Program-made: the position numbers and the translations under genes
NCBI GenBank assembly: GCA_964638985.1
Contig: CAZXCD010000005.1
Coordinates: 1-43,427 of the forward strand
Reading direction: 5' to 3'
Origin: an uncultured Candidatus Saccharibacteria bacterium
GTDB taxonomy: Bacteria; Patescibacteriota; Minisyncoccia; Phycocordibacterales; UBA9973
DNA: 43,427 nucleotides
The notes under the pieces: generated by a model
Told to the model about the DNA's origin: nothing
Databases searched by the model: none
Seen by the model: the letters and a program-made list of their open reading frames with translations, nothing else
Shown: positions 6,784 to 17,214 of the stretch, piece after piece
How positions within the stretch are numbered: the stretch's first letter is position 1
Layout of the letters: each line of letters opens with the position of its first letter

Positions 6784-8820
6784 ATGCAACATCTGGCAGG
6801 GCTAAATAAAGAACAAAGAGAGGCGGCGCTTCATATGGAAGGTCCGCTTCTTATTGTCGCCGGAGCAGGAGCGGGGAAAACCAAGACTATTACGCACAGA
6901 ATAGTAAATTTGATAAAAAATGGAGTCGCTCCCGAAAAAATTCTGGCCGTTACTTTCACCAACAAGGCTGCGAAGGAAATGCGGGAAAGAATTATCGCGG
7001 AAATCCAAAAAAATGCCAAGGGGCAGGACAAAATCCCTTTTGTTTCCACTTTTCACTCGCTGGGAGTCTACATAATAAAGGAAAATGCTCGATTACTGGG
7101 ATTGACTAAATATTTCACTATTTTAGATGAGGGCGATGCGACAACTTTAATAAAAAATATATTGAAAGAGCTAGGCATAGACCCAAAACAATACGACCCC
7201 AAGAAAATAAAAAATATAATCTCGCGAGAGAAGGAAAAATTCGTGCATTTGTCCGACTATGCGGAAGGAGCCAGTGACACTTTGGGGAAAATAGTGGCGC
7301 AAGTGTGGAATCTATACGAAAAGCAAAAAATGAAAGAAAACTCCCTGGATTTTGATGATTTGCTCTTAAAAGCGACAAAATTGTTGAAAGAAAATGCGGA
7401 AATAAGGAAAATTTATCAGGAAAAATGGGACTACATACATATAGATGAGTATCAAGACACCAACGAAGTGCAATATTTGATGTCTAAACTGCTTTCGGAA
7501 AACAATAACAACATTTGTGTCGTGGGGGACCCAGATCAGTGTATATATTCATGGCGTCAAGCAGACATGAGAAATATCTTAAACTTCGAAAAAGACTACA
7601 GAGATGCAAAAATAATTTTATTGGAGCAGAATTACCGCTCCACGAAGAACATCCTGGAAGCAGCCAATGAAATAATAAAGAAAAATAAGTACCGTCCGGA
7701 CAAAAATTTATTTACCGACAACGTGGTGGGAGAAAAAATAGGACTCTATGAAGCGCTGGATGAAACCGACGAAGCGGAATTCGTAGCGACAAAAATTCTG
7801 GAAATTATGGATGGTCCACACCCTCCCCAAACCCCTCCCTCCGCGGGGGGGGAGGAATCCTCTCCCCCTGCGAAGGGGGAGTGCCACGACTTGAGTCGAG
7901 GCGAGGGGGTGAATCCCTCCGAAATTGCTCTGTTATACCGCGCGAACTTTCAATCCCGAGCACTGGAAGAAGCGATGCTTCGTTACAACATCCCATATCA
8001 AGTTCTGGGTGTGAAATTTTTTAAAAGAAAAGAAATCAAAGATACCCTTGCGTACCTCCGCGCCGCCTTGAACCCCGACAGCCTTTCGGATATAAAAAGA
8101 ATAATAAATTTCCCTGTACGAGGAATAGGTAAAGTCACCTTGGTGAAAATCTTTGCCAACGAGATTGAGAGTCTGCCGATAAAAGTCCGAATAAAAATTA
8201 ATAACTTTTATCAAATTCTAGAAGAAATAAAGGAAAAAATTAAAACTGCCAAGGCGAGTGAGGTAATAAAGTTCGTGGTAAAGAAGTCCGGGATTGAGCA
8301 AGAACTTCTAAACGGGGGAGAAGAGGATATAGAGAGATTGGAGAACATTAAAGAACTCGCCACTCTAGCGCTCAAATACGACAATCTGGAAAATGGTACA
8401 GGGATAGAAAAGCTTTTAGAAGATGGTGCCCTAGCTTCAGACCAAGATAGCTTAATGATAAATCAAGATAAGTCTGAGCGAGGACTACCCTCGCTCAAAA
8501 ACGGAGTGAAATTGATGACAGTCCACGCCTCAAAAGGTCTTGAATTCAAATACGTTTTTGTCACTGGACTGGAAGACGGACTCTTCCCACACGAAAGACA
8601 AAATGAGAGACAGGCAGGCGAAGACCGAGAAGAAGAGCGCCGACTTTTCTATGTAGCACTCACTCGCGCCAAAGAAAAATTATTTTTATCCTTTGCGAAT
8701 TTCCGCACTATTTTCGGCTCCCGCCAAATAAATGCTCCATCAGAATTCATCTCTGACATCCCAGCAGATTTATTAGAAAAGGAAGGCGAAACTAGCGGAA
8801 TAAAGACGATTTATCTATAA
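6784..8820 (+). CDS. pcrA: ATP-dependent DNA helicase PcrA/UvrD (SF1)
   Basis: Walker A AGAGAGKTKT, DEYQDTN, VVGDPDQCIYSWRQA, NYRST, VHASKGLEF, RRLFYVALTRAK. Confidence 0.9.
   Translation: MQHLAGLNKEQREAALHMEGPLLIVAGAGAGKTKTITHRIVNLIKNGVAPEKILAVTFTNKAAKEMRERIIAEIQKNAKGQDKIPFVSTFHSLGVYIIKENARLLGLTKYFTILDEGDATTLIKNILKELGIDPKQYDPKKIKNIISREKEKFVHLSDYAEGASDTLGKIVAQVWNLYEKQKMKENSLDFDDLLLKATKLLKENAEIRKIYQEKWDYIHIDEYQDTNEVQYLMSKLLSENNNNICVVGDPDQCIYSWRQADMRNILNFEKDYRDAKIILLEQNYRSTKNILEAANEIIKKNKYRPDKNLFTDNVVGEKIGLYEALDETDEAEFVATKILEIMDGPHPPQTPPSAGGEESSPPAKGECHDLSRGEGVNPSEIALLYRANFQSRALEEAMLRYNIPYQVLGVKFFKRKEIKDTLAYLRAALNPDSLSDIKRIINFPVRGIGKVTLVKIFANEIESLPIKVRIKINNFYQILEEIKEKIKTAKASEVIKFVVKKSGIEQELLNGGEEDIERLENIKELATLALKYDNLENGTGIEKLLEDGALASDQDSLMINQDKSERGLPSLKNGVKLMTVHASKGLEFKYVFVTGLEDGLFPHERQNERQAGEDREEERRLFYVALTRAKEKLFLSFANFRTIFGSRQINAPSEFISDIPADLLEKEGETSGIKTIYL
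7817..7911 (+). repeat. GC-rich multi-hairpin element, family A, in-frame in pcrA
   Basis: Ends CACACCCTCCCC...GAGGGGGTG. Internal hairpins include CTCCCCC-TGCGAA-GGGGGAG and CGAC-TTGA-GTCG. Encodes PHPPQTPPSAGGEESSPPAKGECHDLSRGEGV. Confidence 0.8.
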
Positions 8821-8835
8821 TGAAAGGAATATTAT

Positions 8836-10377
8836 ATGAAAATTTTTAACAAACAAGCACTCTATGTATTAAGCTCCTTTCTGGCCGGATTTTCTGTGCT
8901 GGTCGTTGAATTAATTTCAAGCAGAATTGTGGCCCCAATCATCGGTTCCTCAGTCTTCACTTGGACATCGGTCATAGGCATAACCCTGCTCGGACTGGCT
9001 GTAGGTAGCTATTTCGGCGGGCAAATAGCGGACAAAACAGATGCGGAAAAGTCTCTTCCTTTAGCATTTCTCATCTCGGCAATATTAGTTTCTTTAATTC
9101 CCACATTAGCCAGAAATACTGATTTTATTACAAATTCGTCTGATTCCATATTAAAATTAAATTTATATTTATCTTTATATCTCTTTTTACTTCCGACACT
9201 GGCAATAGGACTCATCCAACCGATAATCCTAAAAAGATTTGCTAATGATTTTTCAAAAATCGGTAGCGAGTATGGGACATTGTCCTTCGCCTGGTCGTTT
9301 GGCGGTATCCTTGGTGTATTTTTAACTGGATTTTTTTTCATCTCGTATATTGGAAGCAAAGAAACAATCTGGTTGATGTCTGCCGTGTTGTTCTTGGTGG
9401 GAATAATTTTCGCCTTTAAAAATAAACGGGTCCTTTTGCTTTTTGTTTTGACGATAATTTTCGTGCCAATGATTTTATATTTTACACAGCAAGAAACACC
9501 AAATCCTAAAATAATCTTTCAAAAAGAAACGGATTATTATAATGCAAAAGTTGTTGACACCCATCTTTCTTCATATGGGGATTCCAGAATTTTAGTTCTT
9601 GATTTTGATTTTCACAGCATTGAACCGGAGAAGAAAGTAGAGTATTACCCGGAAATATATCCTGTTTTTGCCAATTTAAAAGAGAATATAAAAGATATTC
9701 TTGTCATTGGCGCCGGAGCATATACAATGCCTAAACATTTTAAAAATTATTATAAAGACACGGATGTCTCAGTCGTTGAGTTGGACCCGGAAATGATCAG
9801 CGTTGGCAACGCTTTTTTTGATTTGGAAAAATATAACATAAAAACAATTGTAGGAGACGCGAAGGTCGTTATAAATAAAAATGAAGAAAAATATGACGTA
9901 ATTTTTGGTGACGCTTATAATTCTTTCATTTCAGTGCCTTGGTATTTATTAACCAAAGAATGGAACGATGAGGTAAAAAACAAATTAAAAGAAAACGGGA
10001 TTTATGCGGTAAATTTTATCGGCTCAATCTCAGAAGCAAAGTCTTTGTTTGCAAACAGTGTATTAAATACATTCAAGATCAGTTTTCCTAATTTTTATGT
10101 ATTCGCTTTTGGCGTTAAACCCGAATACACACAAAATATCGTATTGGTAGGAATCAATGGGGAACTTCCTCTCAGTGATACAGAGCTCCGCCAAAAATTA
10201 TTATTGGGAGAAAATAGTTTTTTGGCAGAAAAAATAATTTCAGCTGAATTTTTTAAGGGACCAGCTCCTGTAATCCTCACAGATAACTTTTCCCCTGTGG
10301 AAAAGTTAATGGAGCCGACAATAAAAAGTTTTTTCCCAAAAAACTTATCGGAGATAAAAGATATTCTGTCTTTATGA
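8836..10377 (+). CDS. fused polytopic membrane domain / spermidine synthase-like methyltransferase-fold protein
   Basis: About 7 N-terminal TM helices, then a SpeE-like fold (VIGAGAYT, VVELDPEM, GDAKVV, IFGDAYNS). Confidence 0.65.
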   Translation: MKIFNKQALYVLSSFLAGFSVLVVELISSRIVAPIIGSSVFTWTSVIGITLLGLAVGSYFGGQIADKTDAEKSLPLAFLISAILVSLIPTLARNTDFITNSSDSILKLNLYLSLYLFLLPTLAIGLIQPIILKRFANDFSKIGSEYGTLSFAWSFGGILGVFLTGFFFISYIGSKETIWLMSAVLFLVGIIFAFKNKRVLLLFVLTIIFVPMILYFTQQETPNPKIIFQKETDYYNAKVVDTHLSSYGDSRILVLDFDFHSIEPEKKVEYYPEIYPVFANLKENIKDILVIGAGAYTMPKHFKNYYKDTDVSVVELDPEMISVGNAFFDLEKYNIKTIVGDAKVVINKNEEKYDVIFGDAYNSFISVPWYLLTKEWNDEVKNKLKENGIYAVNFIGSISEAKSLFANSVLNTFKISFPNFYVFAFGVKPEYTQNIVLVGINGELPLSDTELRQKLLLGENSFLAEKIISAEFFKGPAPVILTDNFSPVEKLMEPTIKSFFPKNLSEIKDILSL

Positions 10378-11222
10378 AAGCAAAAAAATCATTGGGGCAA
10401 AATTTTTTAAAGTCGGAGATTGCGCTCAAGAAGATTGTTGAAGCGGGAGAAATAAAAAAGAGCGACGTGATTTTGGAAATCGGCCCAGGGAAAGGAGCGC
10501 TCACAGAAAAACTGTTAGCTTCTGGCTGTCAGCTTGTAGCTGTGGAGAAAGATCGAGATTTATATGAATTATTGAAAGATAAATTTCAGAAAGAAATTGC
10601 GGAAGGAAAATTAGTTTTGTTAAACGAAGACATACTTAAATTTCAAATTTCCAATTTCAAATTTCCAAAATATAAAATCATCGCCAACATTCCTTACAAC
10701 ATCACCGGCGCGATTTTAAAAAAATTTTTAACAGAAAAAAATCAGCCGGAAAGAATGATTTTGATGGTCCAGCGCGAAGTGGCGGGGAGAATAATCGCCC
10801 GCGATGGGAAGGAAAGCATTCTTTCAATGTCAGTCAAGGCTTACGGGGAACCAAAAATGATAATGAAGGTAAATAAAAGATATTTCTCTCCAGCGCCCAA
10901 AGTTGATTCCGCGATAATTGAAATAAAAAATATTTCGAGAAAAAATTTTCCTCCCCTCCTTGTGGAGGAGGGGGCAGGGGGTGGTGATTCAAAGAGATTA
11001 CCACCTCGCCCTTCGGGCACTCCTCCTCAAAAAAGAGGAGAGGGGACATTCGAGGAAAAATTTTGGGAAATAGTAAAAACCGGCTTTGCGCACAAACGTA
11101 AAAAACTTTCTTCAAACCTAAAAGGATTAATTTCTCCCCAAAAACTGTCTTCGGTAAACCTAGGTGACAAAAGGGCGGAAGATTTGGCTCTTTCAGACTG
11201 GATAAACCTAGCTAAAAACTAG
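10374..11222 (+). CDS. rsmA: 16S rRNA (adenine1518/1519-N6)-dimethyltransferase RsmA/KsgA
   Basis: LGQNFL, EIGPGKGALT, ANIPYNIT, and C-terminal FAHKRKKL. The ATGA start overlaps the upstream stop. Confidence 0.9.
   Translation: MKAKKSLGQNFLKSEIALKKIVEAGEIKKSDVILEIGPGKGALTEKLLASGCQLVAVEKDRDLYELLKDKFQKEIAEGKLVLLNEDILKFQISNFKFPKYKIIANIPYNITGAILKKFLTEKNQPERMILMVQREVAGRIIARDGKESILSMSVKAYGEPKMIMKVNKRYFSPAPKVDSAIIEIKNISRKNFPPLLVEEGAGGGDSKRLPPRPSGTPPQKRGEGTFEEKFWEIVKTGFAHKRKKLSSNLKGLISPQKLSSVNLGDKRAEDLALSDWINLAKN
10950..11046 (+). repeat. GC-rich multi-hairpin element, family B, in-frame in rsmA
   Basis: CCTCC-TTGT-GGAGG, GGTGG..CCACC and CCTCCTC-A6-GAGGAG hairpins. Encodes PLLVEEGAGGGDSKRLPPRPSGTPPQKRGEG. 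About 80% identical by eye to the copy at 24122-24216. Confidence 0.8.
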
Positions 11223-11308
11223 TTTACTTTCAAAATAGGTGGTACAATAAAAGCATAATTAAAGAAATTTGGTTAAAACACAAAAGAGTAATTCTCATCT
11301 GCTCGGCG

Positions 11309-12190
11309 GTGCTGTTTCTTGTTGTTCTTTTTTTACTAAAAAACACTTCAATACTTAAAAACACAGTCAATTTTGTAAGGGGTGGAGGGGAAGGATTGAC
11401 TTATAATACCGTAGCGATAGGGGACCTGGTGAACAAAGACACAGACAAGGATGGAATCTTGGATTGGGAGGAGCCTCTGTGGGGTCTTGACCCGACAAAA
11501 ATAGAAACCACTCCAGGAGTTCCGGATAGTTCTGTAATAAAAAAATTAAGAGCTGAACAAGGTTTTGAAATAAGCACCACAGAAGGAATCGTTGAAAATT
11601 ATTCAGAAAATCTTACGGAGACAGAGAAATTTTCTAGGGAATTTTTTTCAACTGCAGCCGCCCTAAGCCAAAGCGGGGTTACTGACCAGGAAACAATGGA
11701 CCAAATTGGTGTCGCTTTGGCAGAAAAAATACAAAATTCCTCTCCAAGAAAAATATTTCAACTTTTGGACATAAAAGCTATAAATAACAACTCTGCCCAA
11801 ACAATAGAAACTTATGCTAGCTCTTTAAATAATGCCTATGTTAAAAATCCAATAAAAGGAAACGTTGTGGACATATTGGAAAAATTCATAATTGATGAAA
11901 ACAACGTTGATGGGAGTGTTTTAGAAGAACTGGATCCAATTATCAAGCAAACACAGAATTTGATAAACGAGGTACTAAAAATAAATGTACCGGAATCCCT
12001 TACCCTGCAACATTTGGACTTTTTAAATGCAATGGAAAGAGTTGTGGAAAATATAAGCAATATAAGGCTTTATAACAGTGACGTTGTTTTAGCGTTGGGG
12101 GGAATAAGCCAATATGACAAAAATACTATTCTTTTGGAATCTGCTCTAAAAAATCTTTCAGACGCAATTAGCCAAAAATTGAATAGTTAA
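11309..12190 (+). CDS. hypothetical envelope protein with a thrombospondin type-3-like Ca-binding motif
   Basis: Hydrophobic N-terminus and DTDKDGILDWEE motif. The GTG start is doubtful (see findings). Confidence 0.55.
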   Translation: MLFLVVLFLLKNTSILKNTVNFVRGGGEGLTYNTVAIGDLVNKDTDKDGILDWEEPLWGLDPTKIETTPGVPDSSVIKKLRAEQGFEISTTEGIVENYSENLTETEKFSREFFSTAAALSQSGVTDQETMDQIGVALAEKIQNSSPRKIFQLLDIKAINNNSAQTIETYASSLNNAYVKNPIKGNVVDILEKFIIDENNVDGSVLEELDPIIKQTQNLINEVLKINVPESLTLQHLDFLNAMERVVENISNIRLYNSDVVLALGGISQYDKNTILLESALKNLSDAISQKLNS

Positions 12191-12230
12191 ACAAAAAATC
12201 GTATAATAAAGTGGTAAAAATACAAAAAAA

Positions 12231-14708
12231 ATGATTTTCAAAAATAAAAAAAGTCAAAAAGTTATATCTGGTATTCTTATCATTTTAATATTATTACCAG
12301 CTGTTTTATTTTCCGATCCCAAAAAGGTAGAAGCAGCTTGGTGGTCTACTTTTTTGACAGATATTGAGACAGCAATTACATCGACATTTGGTGGAGTAAC
12401 AGCTGGATCAACCGTAACAAATACAGGCATCTCTATAAAAAATGTGGCAAAAGAAGTTTATAAACAGGTTCTTATGGCTATTGCCAGAAGAGCATTACAA
12501 GAAGTAACTAAAGGTGTTGTGGGCTGGATTAATTCCGGCTTTCATGGGAGTCCACTTTTCCTAGAAAATCCAGGTTCTTTCTTTGAAGATATAGTAAAAT
12601 CTGAGGTGAAAACAGTAATAGATATGGTCGGATATGATTCTGTCAGATTCCCTTATGGAAAAGATTTTGCCATAAACACGATTATGGCTTATAAACAAAC
12701 CACTGAAAACAATTTGGCATATTCTATGAGCAAAGTTATGTCAGACCCCGTGCAACTAAATAATTATCGGAACAATTTCAATGTCGGTGGGTGGAACGCA
12801 TTTTTGGTAAATACACAATATCCTCAAAATAATTATTTGGGTTTCCAGATGCTCATGAATGAAACTCTTGCAGAGAAAATATTATCATCACCTTCAGCCA
12901 ACAATGCAATAACAAAAGTAAAAGAAACACTCCAGCAAGGACAGGGTTTCTTGTCTCCGGAAAAGTGTATGGATCCTGGTACAAAGTATAATGACACCAT
13001 GGCAAATGCGTGGCAGAGACCAAGTTTTAATACTACCGAATTACAAAAATGGTACGCCGAGGAAGGAAAAAAGATTGCAAATTCAAACAAAGATGACAAA
13101 ACAAAACAAACAGAAATGAGGCTTTTGGCCGAACAATATGAAATACAAGTTAAGAAACAAAAAGCTGAGTGGGCAAAAAATAACACTTGTAAAAACTTAG
13201 TCGCCACAACTCCAGGTTCTGTGGTAGCAGATCAAATAAAAATTAATTTGGGCTCAAGTGTGCGCCAACAAGAACTTGCCGCTGCGCTGGGTAATAGCCT
13301 TTCTGCTATTTTTGATGCTTTAATAAATAAATTTATTGATGAGGGATTGAATGCTTTGGCAAGTAATAAAAACTCAAAACCAGTGGAAGATGAGTGGAGT
13401 TATGACGGTTTGAAACTTGGTAGCCCTGCCGACGGAAATAATTCATCTTGGGACTCTGGGCCTGATGAAGAAATTATTTTGGATAAATTTAAAAAACAGT
13501 TGCATGGTAAAACCATTGTCACGAAAGTTAATTTGGAGACTGGTGAAGAAAAAACCACCGAAGAAGTAGGAAACACCAACACCAAAGAAATTACCAAAGG
13601 CACATACATTCCCGGCGACATCGCGAACACAGAAACTGAAATAATACTATTGGAGTTGATTCCAAAAATAATCAACGATAGAGGCGATACAGGCCCTGGT
13701 ATTGTGCAATTGACACAAACACTTGATCAGTGCATGCCTGGACCAGACAAAAATTGGGAAAATAGATTGAAAGATGAGGAATCCAGAGTAGGCAAGTCCC
13801 TTTTAATGGAAAATAACGTAGATAGCGACGAACTTAAAGCAAAAGCGGCTGCTGATGCATTACGTGAATTAAAATTTGCAGCAAGCTCCTTTAAAGACTG
13901 GCTAACCACAAAAATAATAAACGAACTCCCCGGCTCAATACTTTATTTGGATGCTATAAAATCCATAGATGATTTTCCTCAGCAAACGAAAGAAGCTATA
14001 GACAGAAGGTCTGCAAAACTTCAAACACTTGCAAGACTAAAAGCTATAGCCGGAGACGAAAAAAGTATCCAAAAAACAGGGCTAGCGGCAATATCATCTC
14101 AACCAATATCTGGATCCAATGAAGAGAAAACTCTAGTTTTATTAAAAAAACAATATAATACACTTGTGGCTTCTATATCTTCCTCGGCTAGTGTGGAAGA
14201 AACAAGGGCTGAGTTAGATTTCTTAAAAGATCGTTCTTCGAATATAAAAAATCTGATTACTCAATGTAAAACTGAAGTAGAAAGCGCCGGTTGGCAAATC
14301 ACAAAAGAAGAAAAAGGGATTTTAGAGAATACCAACGATGATACCTACGGGGCACCTGTAGCAAGAAGAATAGAAAGAGAACAAAACGGCACCACAGAGA
14401 CAGAAAAATTTTGCTCTATTCCTATAGTAAGCGGTTATAGCCATGGAGAAATAATTAGGGAAGATTCTTCAAACAGAGGGAAGGATTTCACGTTTAGAAA
14501 TGAAAACAATAAACTAGGAGACGAGGGATATCAAGACATTCCGATTGTGAACGCAAAAAACGTGTATGGGGATATAACATGCACAGGGACATGTAGCTGG
14601 TTGGGTGGAAGTGGAACAGACAAACGAGTAAGTATTAAAATAGACTGCAACACAATATTCAAATCCAACATAATAGATTATACACACGCCGGAGATCCAG
14701 CAAACTAA
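12231..14708 (+). CDS. large secreted or membrane-anchored hypothetical protein (825 aa), T4SS-like cluster
   Basis: N-terminal signal-anchor (ILIILILLPAVLF..KKVEAA). Long uninterrupted ORF with a Cys-containing C-terminal region. Confidence 0.6.
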   Translation: MIFKNKKSQKVISGILIILILLPAVLFSDPKKVEAAWWSTFLTDIETAITSTFGGVTAGSTVTNTGISIKNVAKEVYKQVLMAIARRALQEVTKGVVGWINSGFHGSPLFLENPGSFFEDIVKSEVKTVIDMVGYDSVRFPYGKDFAINTIMAYKQTTENNLAYSMSKVMSDPVQLNNYRNNFNVGGWNAFLVNTQYPQNNYLGFQMLMNETLAEKILSSPSANNAITKVKETLQQGQGFLSPEKCMDPGTKYNDTMANAWQRPSFNTTELQKWYAEEGKKIANSNKDDKTKQTEMRLLAEQYEIQVKKQKAEWAKNNTCKNLVATTPGSVVADQIKINLGSSVRQQELAAALGNSLSAIFDALINKFIDEGLNALASNKNSKPVEDEWSYDGLKLGSPADGNNSSWDSGPDEEIILDKFKKQLHGKTIVTKVNLETGEEKTTEEVGNTNTKEITKGTYIPGDIANTETEIILLELIPKIINDRGDTGPGIVQLTQTLDQCMPGPDKNWENRLKDEESRVGKSLLMENNVDSDELKAKAAADALRELKFAASSFKDWLTTKIINELPGSILYLDAIKSIDDFPQQTKEAIDRRSAKLQTLARLKAIAGDEKSIQKTGLAAISSQPISGSNEEKTLVLLKKQYNTLVASISSSASVEETRAELDFLKDRSSNIKNLITQCKTEVESAGWQITKEEKGILENTNDDTYGAPVARRIEREQNGTTETEKFCSIPIVSGYSHGEIIREDSSNRGKDFTFRNENNKLGDEGYQDIPIVNAKNVYGDITCTGTCSWLGGSGTDKRVSIKIDCNTIFKSNIIDYTHAGDPAN

Positions 14709-14756
14709 ACCAGAAAGATTCGCGTACCGTGTTAGAGATAGAATTAAACAAGTAAA

Positions 14757-17201
14757 ATGAAAAATTTAGCCAAAAAACTAGTCCCATATTTATTTATACT
14801 CATCGCGCTAGTTGGGTTGTTTGGGTGGGCAGAGAAAGCGGAAGCCGAAAGCCCAGATGACCGGGGAGATTGTAAAATCACTACAGAATCTGCTTCGGGT
14901 AATACACCTCCCAGAATTGAAACTAAGGAAAATATAACAAGAGCGCAATGCACCGCGCTGAAGACTCCAACGGCAAGTACAGTATTTACTTTGAAAGTAG
15001 CAGTAGATGATATTAAAGGGATGTGTACGACTAATACCACAGTAACCGAGGATACAAAAAAACATTGTGAAGACGGCGGGGGGCAGTGGAGGCTAAAAGG
15101 AACTGATAATAATCCAGATGCAGCACCAGAAGCAGAGGATTCGGAAAAATCTGCGTTTGAAAACAAACTAAATTTAACTTGCAAAAACCCAATTAGTAAT
15201 TTTTCAGGATGTTTTCTACAAGTTTTCTATTGGCTTCTTCACGACATCCCAGCGCTTCTACTGGGAATTTCTGGTTATTTTTTTAATATCTTAATATCTG
15301 TGTCACTAGATGGTACTTTATTAAAAAGTGCTTTTGTAGGAGAAGCTTGGGGGGTGGTAAGAGACCTTTCAAACATTTTCTTTATACTTATTCTCCTCTA
15401 TATTGCTGTCAAAATTATTGTGGATTTAGAAGGACACGAGGCAAAACAAATGATAGTAAAAGTTGTAATTATGGCTTTGCTTATAAACTTTTCTATGTTT
15501 TTTACTCAAGTCATCATTGACACATCAAACGTTTTAGCTCTAGTTTTCTACAACAAAATGAAGGTAAGTACCGTAAACCCTGACGGTAACGAAAGACAGT
15601 ATTCTTCAATAAAGAACGAAAAAGATATTTCGGGTGGCTTGGTGGCCTCGTTTGATCCCACGACAAAGATACTGAGCTCGGGCTTTTTTGAACAAATAGA
15701 AAAAAAATATGACGCTAATGGAAAGATTATAGTCATAAATGGACAAGAACAAAGACAGCCCATAGGATTTGGAACAAAACTGGCAATCATTGTTCTTTCT
15801 GGCGCCATTATGATTGTCGCGACTTATGTTCTATTTGTCTCGGGGTTCTTCTTCCTTGGAAGATTGATTGAACTATGGACTTTAATTATTTTCTCTCCAT
15901 TCGCCTTTATGTCTTATACTGTACCTAAACTATCAGAGATGGAAGAATTGGGTTGGAAATCATGGTTTAAACGCTTAATCAGCTCGGCCTTTATGGCGCC
16001 GATTTTTATGTTCTTTTTGTATTTTATATTTATGTTAATAGCCTCTCCATTATTTAAAAATCTTATGCCGGAAAGCACTGAAACAACTGGCGTGGCTGGG
16101 TGGATAAAAATTATATTAAACGTGCTGTTGCCTTTTATATTTATTTGCGTACTTCTTCTGAAAGCAAAAGACTATGCGAAGAAAGGTTCCGGACAATTTG
16201 GGGAGGCGGTGATGAGTGTAGCCAAGGTCGCGGGTGGACTCGCCTTGGGTGCCGCAACGGGCGGGGTTTCAATAATGGGAACTGGAGCGGTTGGAAGTTT
16301 GTCTTCTGGAGTGGCAAGTAGTAAATTCCTAAATGAAAACCAAAATAAAAAAGGGTTGGGGGGTATGGCTGCTAGGGTGGCCCTAAAAACCGCAGACTAT
16401 GGTTCTAAGGCTTCATTTGATGTTAGAAAAATAGCTGGTGTCGGGGCTTTAGCTAAGATGGGCGGAATAAATCTAGAATCAGTAAAAGCAATCGGACTAG
16501 GATCTAAAGATGGTGGATATATACAAAGAAGAAAGGAACAAGTAGCAAGTAGGCAGAAGAGGGCAAAAGAGCTTGAGATAAGAGAAGATGAGCCATTAAA
16601 ACAAGCTTTAAATAAAGCAGAAGCAGACCTGCAAAGTCTTTTGAGTGACAACCATAACGTAATCGAGTCGCTAGATAAAGACATAGAAAAGAAAAGACAA
16701 GAGGTAAGCGATGCAGAGAAAAAATTCAACTCGGCTAAGGGTACTGCTAATGAAGGGGCTGCGAGAACAGCGTTAGATTTAGCAAACACTAAATTAGACT
16801 TCGCAAAAAACAACAAGCAGGATTTCCGAACAGGACAACAGTATAGAACTTATGATAGGGCAGGAAATTTTGTGCTCCAAACTGGAACTGGTCAAAATAT
16901 TAACGACCTAGAGGAAAACAAAAAACATGCGGCTCATGACATACAAAAAGAAAACAGGGCAAGAAAATGGGCTTATGCTGAAAGAATAGTAAAATGGAGT
17001 CCGGGATTTTATAAAGCCGACAGAGAAGCTGCTCATAAAATACGAATGGAAGCAAAAATAGAAGATACAGGAAAAGATCATGGAGGTGGTGGTGGAGGGC
17101 ATGCCCCAGCGGCAGCTCACCCTGCACCCCCGGCTCATGGCCCAGCTCCAGCAGTTGCACCTGCCGCCCCAGCTCATGGTCCCGCCCCCCACCAACCATA
17201 A
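14757..17201 (+). CDS. VirB6/TrbL-like polytopic membrane protein with coiled-coil and His/Pro/Ala-rich tail
   Basis: Signal peptide, Cys-pair N-terminal module, multi-TM block (about aa 150-500), K/E-rich coiled coil, and tail GGGGGGHAPAAAHPAPPAHGPAPAVAPAAPAHGPAPHQP. It lies next to the VirB3/VirB4-like genes. Confidence 0.55.
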   Translation: MKNLAKKLVPYLFILIALVGLFGWAEKAEAESPDDRGDCKITTESASGNTPPRIETKENITRAQCTALKTPTASTVFTLKVAVDDIKGMCTTNTTVTEDTKKHCEDGGGQWRLKGTDNNPDAAPEAEDSEKSAFENKLNLTCKNPISNFSGCFLQVFYWLLHDIPALLLGISGYFFNILISVSLDGTLLKSAFVGEAWGVVRDLSNIFFILILLYIAVKIIVDLEGHEAKQMIVKVVIMALLINFSMFFTQVIIDTSNVLALVFYNKMKVSTVNPDGNERQYSSIKNEKDISGGLVASFDPTTKILSSGFFEQIEKKYDANGKIIVINGQEQRQPIGFGTKLAIIVLSGAIMIVATYVLFVSGFFFLGRLIELWTLIIFSPFAFMSYTVPKLSEMEELGWKSWFKRLISSAFMAPIFMFFLYFIFMLIASPLFKNLMPESTETTGVAGWIKIILNVLLPFIFICVLLLKAKDYAKKGSGQFGEAVMSVAKVAGGLALGAATGGVSIMGTGAVGSLSSGVASSKFLNENQNKKGLGGMAARVALKTADYGSKASFDVRKIAGVGALAKMGGINLESVKAIGLGSKDGGYIQRRKEQVASRQKRAKELEIREDEPLKQALNKAEADLQSLLSDNHNVIESLDKDIEKKRQEVSDAEKKFNSAKGTANEGAARTALDLANTKLDFAKNNKQDFRTGQQYRTYDRAGNFVLQTGTGQNINDLEENKKHAAHDIQKENRARKWAYAERIVKWSPGFYKADREAAHKIRMEAKIEDTGKDHGGGGGGHAPAAAHPAPPAHGPAPAVAPAAPAHGPAPHQP

Positions 17202-17214
17202 TAGTTAAAAACTT

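Noticed and set aside
7817-7911. Inteins or self-splicing introns as the explanation for the inserts in pcrA, polA and jag
   Set aside because: The inserts are only 6-31 aa (17-97 nt). They lack intein splicing blocks and the size or structure of group I/II introns, and the reading frames stay open through them.
16900-17199. Antisense ORFs 16900-17199 and 16908-17195, and the many other antisense ORFs in the track (e.g. 5883-6239, 9009-9359, 12833-13207, 22952-23374, 38552-38947)
   Set aside because: All lie inside longer ORFs with recognisable motifs on the other strand. They are open by composition only, either GC-rich low complexity or A/T-rich codon-poor frames.
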